DNA of 64,000 nucleotides from Squalus acanthias (lineage: Eukaryota): positions 99,574,001 through 99,638,000 of the forward strand of contig CM059432.1 in the NCBI GenBank assembly GCA_030390025.1. Reading direction: 5' to 3'. Made by a program: the position numbers and the translations under genes. This document shows positions 63,691 to 64,000 of this stretch, one piece after another (position 1 is the stretch's first letter; the number at the start of each line of letters is the position of its first letter). Below the pieces are notes generated by a model. That model ran no database searches and was not told where the DNA came from. It worked only from the letters and a program-made list of their open reading frames with translations.

Positions 63691-64000
63691 CGAGTGGAAG
63701 AGGAGGCAGTGGACCTGAGCGGGAGCAGAGCGAGAGAGGCAACAACTCAACAGAGGCAGAATCCAAAAGAGTGACGTCAGAGTAGAAAAAGTGACGTTGG
63801 CACAAGGGAAGAAGCTGATTGGTGAGTAGCTGGTGAGTGTTTTTTTTAATTTGAAGTTTATTTCTGTTAAGTTAGTTCTTAGTCTATTAAATAGAGACAT
63901 GGCAGGGCAGCTCAGTCCCATGGAGTGCACATCCTGTGCCATGTGGGAAGTCCTGGTCGCTTCGTGTAGCCAGGACAACCACATGTGCAGGAAGTGTCAC
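63676..64000 (+). mobile_element. CR1-E 5' UTR and start of ORF1 (ATG at 63899; runs off window end)
   Basis: MAGQLSPMECTSCAMWEVLVASCSQDNHMCRKCH aligns with the CR1-C ORF1 start MAVELGPVSCSSCNMWEIMDASCVPDNHVCGKC. Confidence 0.9.

Noticed and set aside
57627..63805. Very long ORFs (up to 2053 aa; LAAP, SRRS and RGAA repeats)
   Set aside because: These are translations of a 12-bp minisatellite that lacks stop codons on both strands. No domain content.

Overview
Eukaryotic, non-genic DNA dominated by transposable elements. The repeat families (CR1 LINEs with zinc-finger/SGNH-esterase ORF1, Deu-type tRNA SINEs, PIF/Harbinger elements, Penelope-like elements, Gypsy) suggest a cartilaginous fish; this is inference. 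No host protein-coding exon could be supported. Main content: (1) a 16.6-kb Gypsy LTR element (17706-34308) holding a five-level nest, Gypsy > CR1 > Harbinger MITE > CR1 > full-length open CR1 (20596-25956), plus a self-inserted Harbinger pair; (2) a second, decayed full-length CR1 with a 10-bp TSD (37225-41927); (3) many Harbinger elements and MITEs with ~12-bp TIRs and 3-bp TSDs; (4) Penelope-derived fragments and palindromes with minimal hammerhead-ribozyme motifs; (5) a ~6-kb purine-rich 12-bp minisatellite at the 5' end of a third CR1. The most notable signal is at the ORF1/ORF2 junction of the intact CR1. ORF2 has no AUG before the end of its endonuclease domain, and ORF1 ends in an in-phase U_UUA_AAC slippery heptamer that leads into ORF2 in the -1 frame, so programmed -1 frameshifting is a candidate mechanism. 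All three CR1 5' ends also carry terminal repeat amplifications and paired splice-donor motifs. All coordinates and counts were read by eye; no searches were run.
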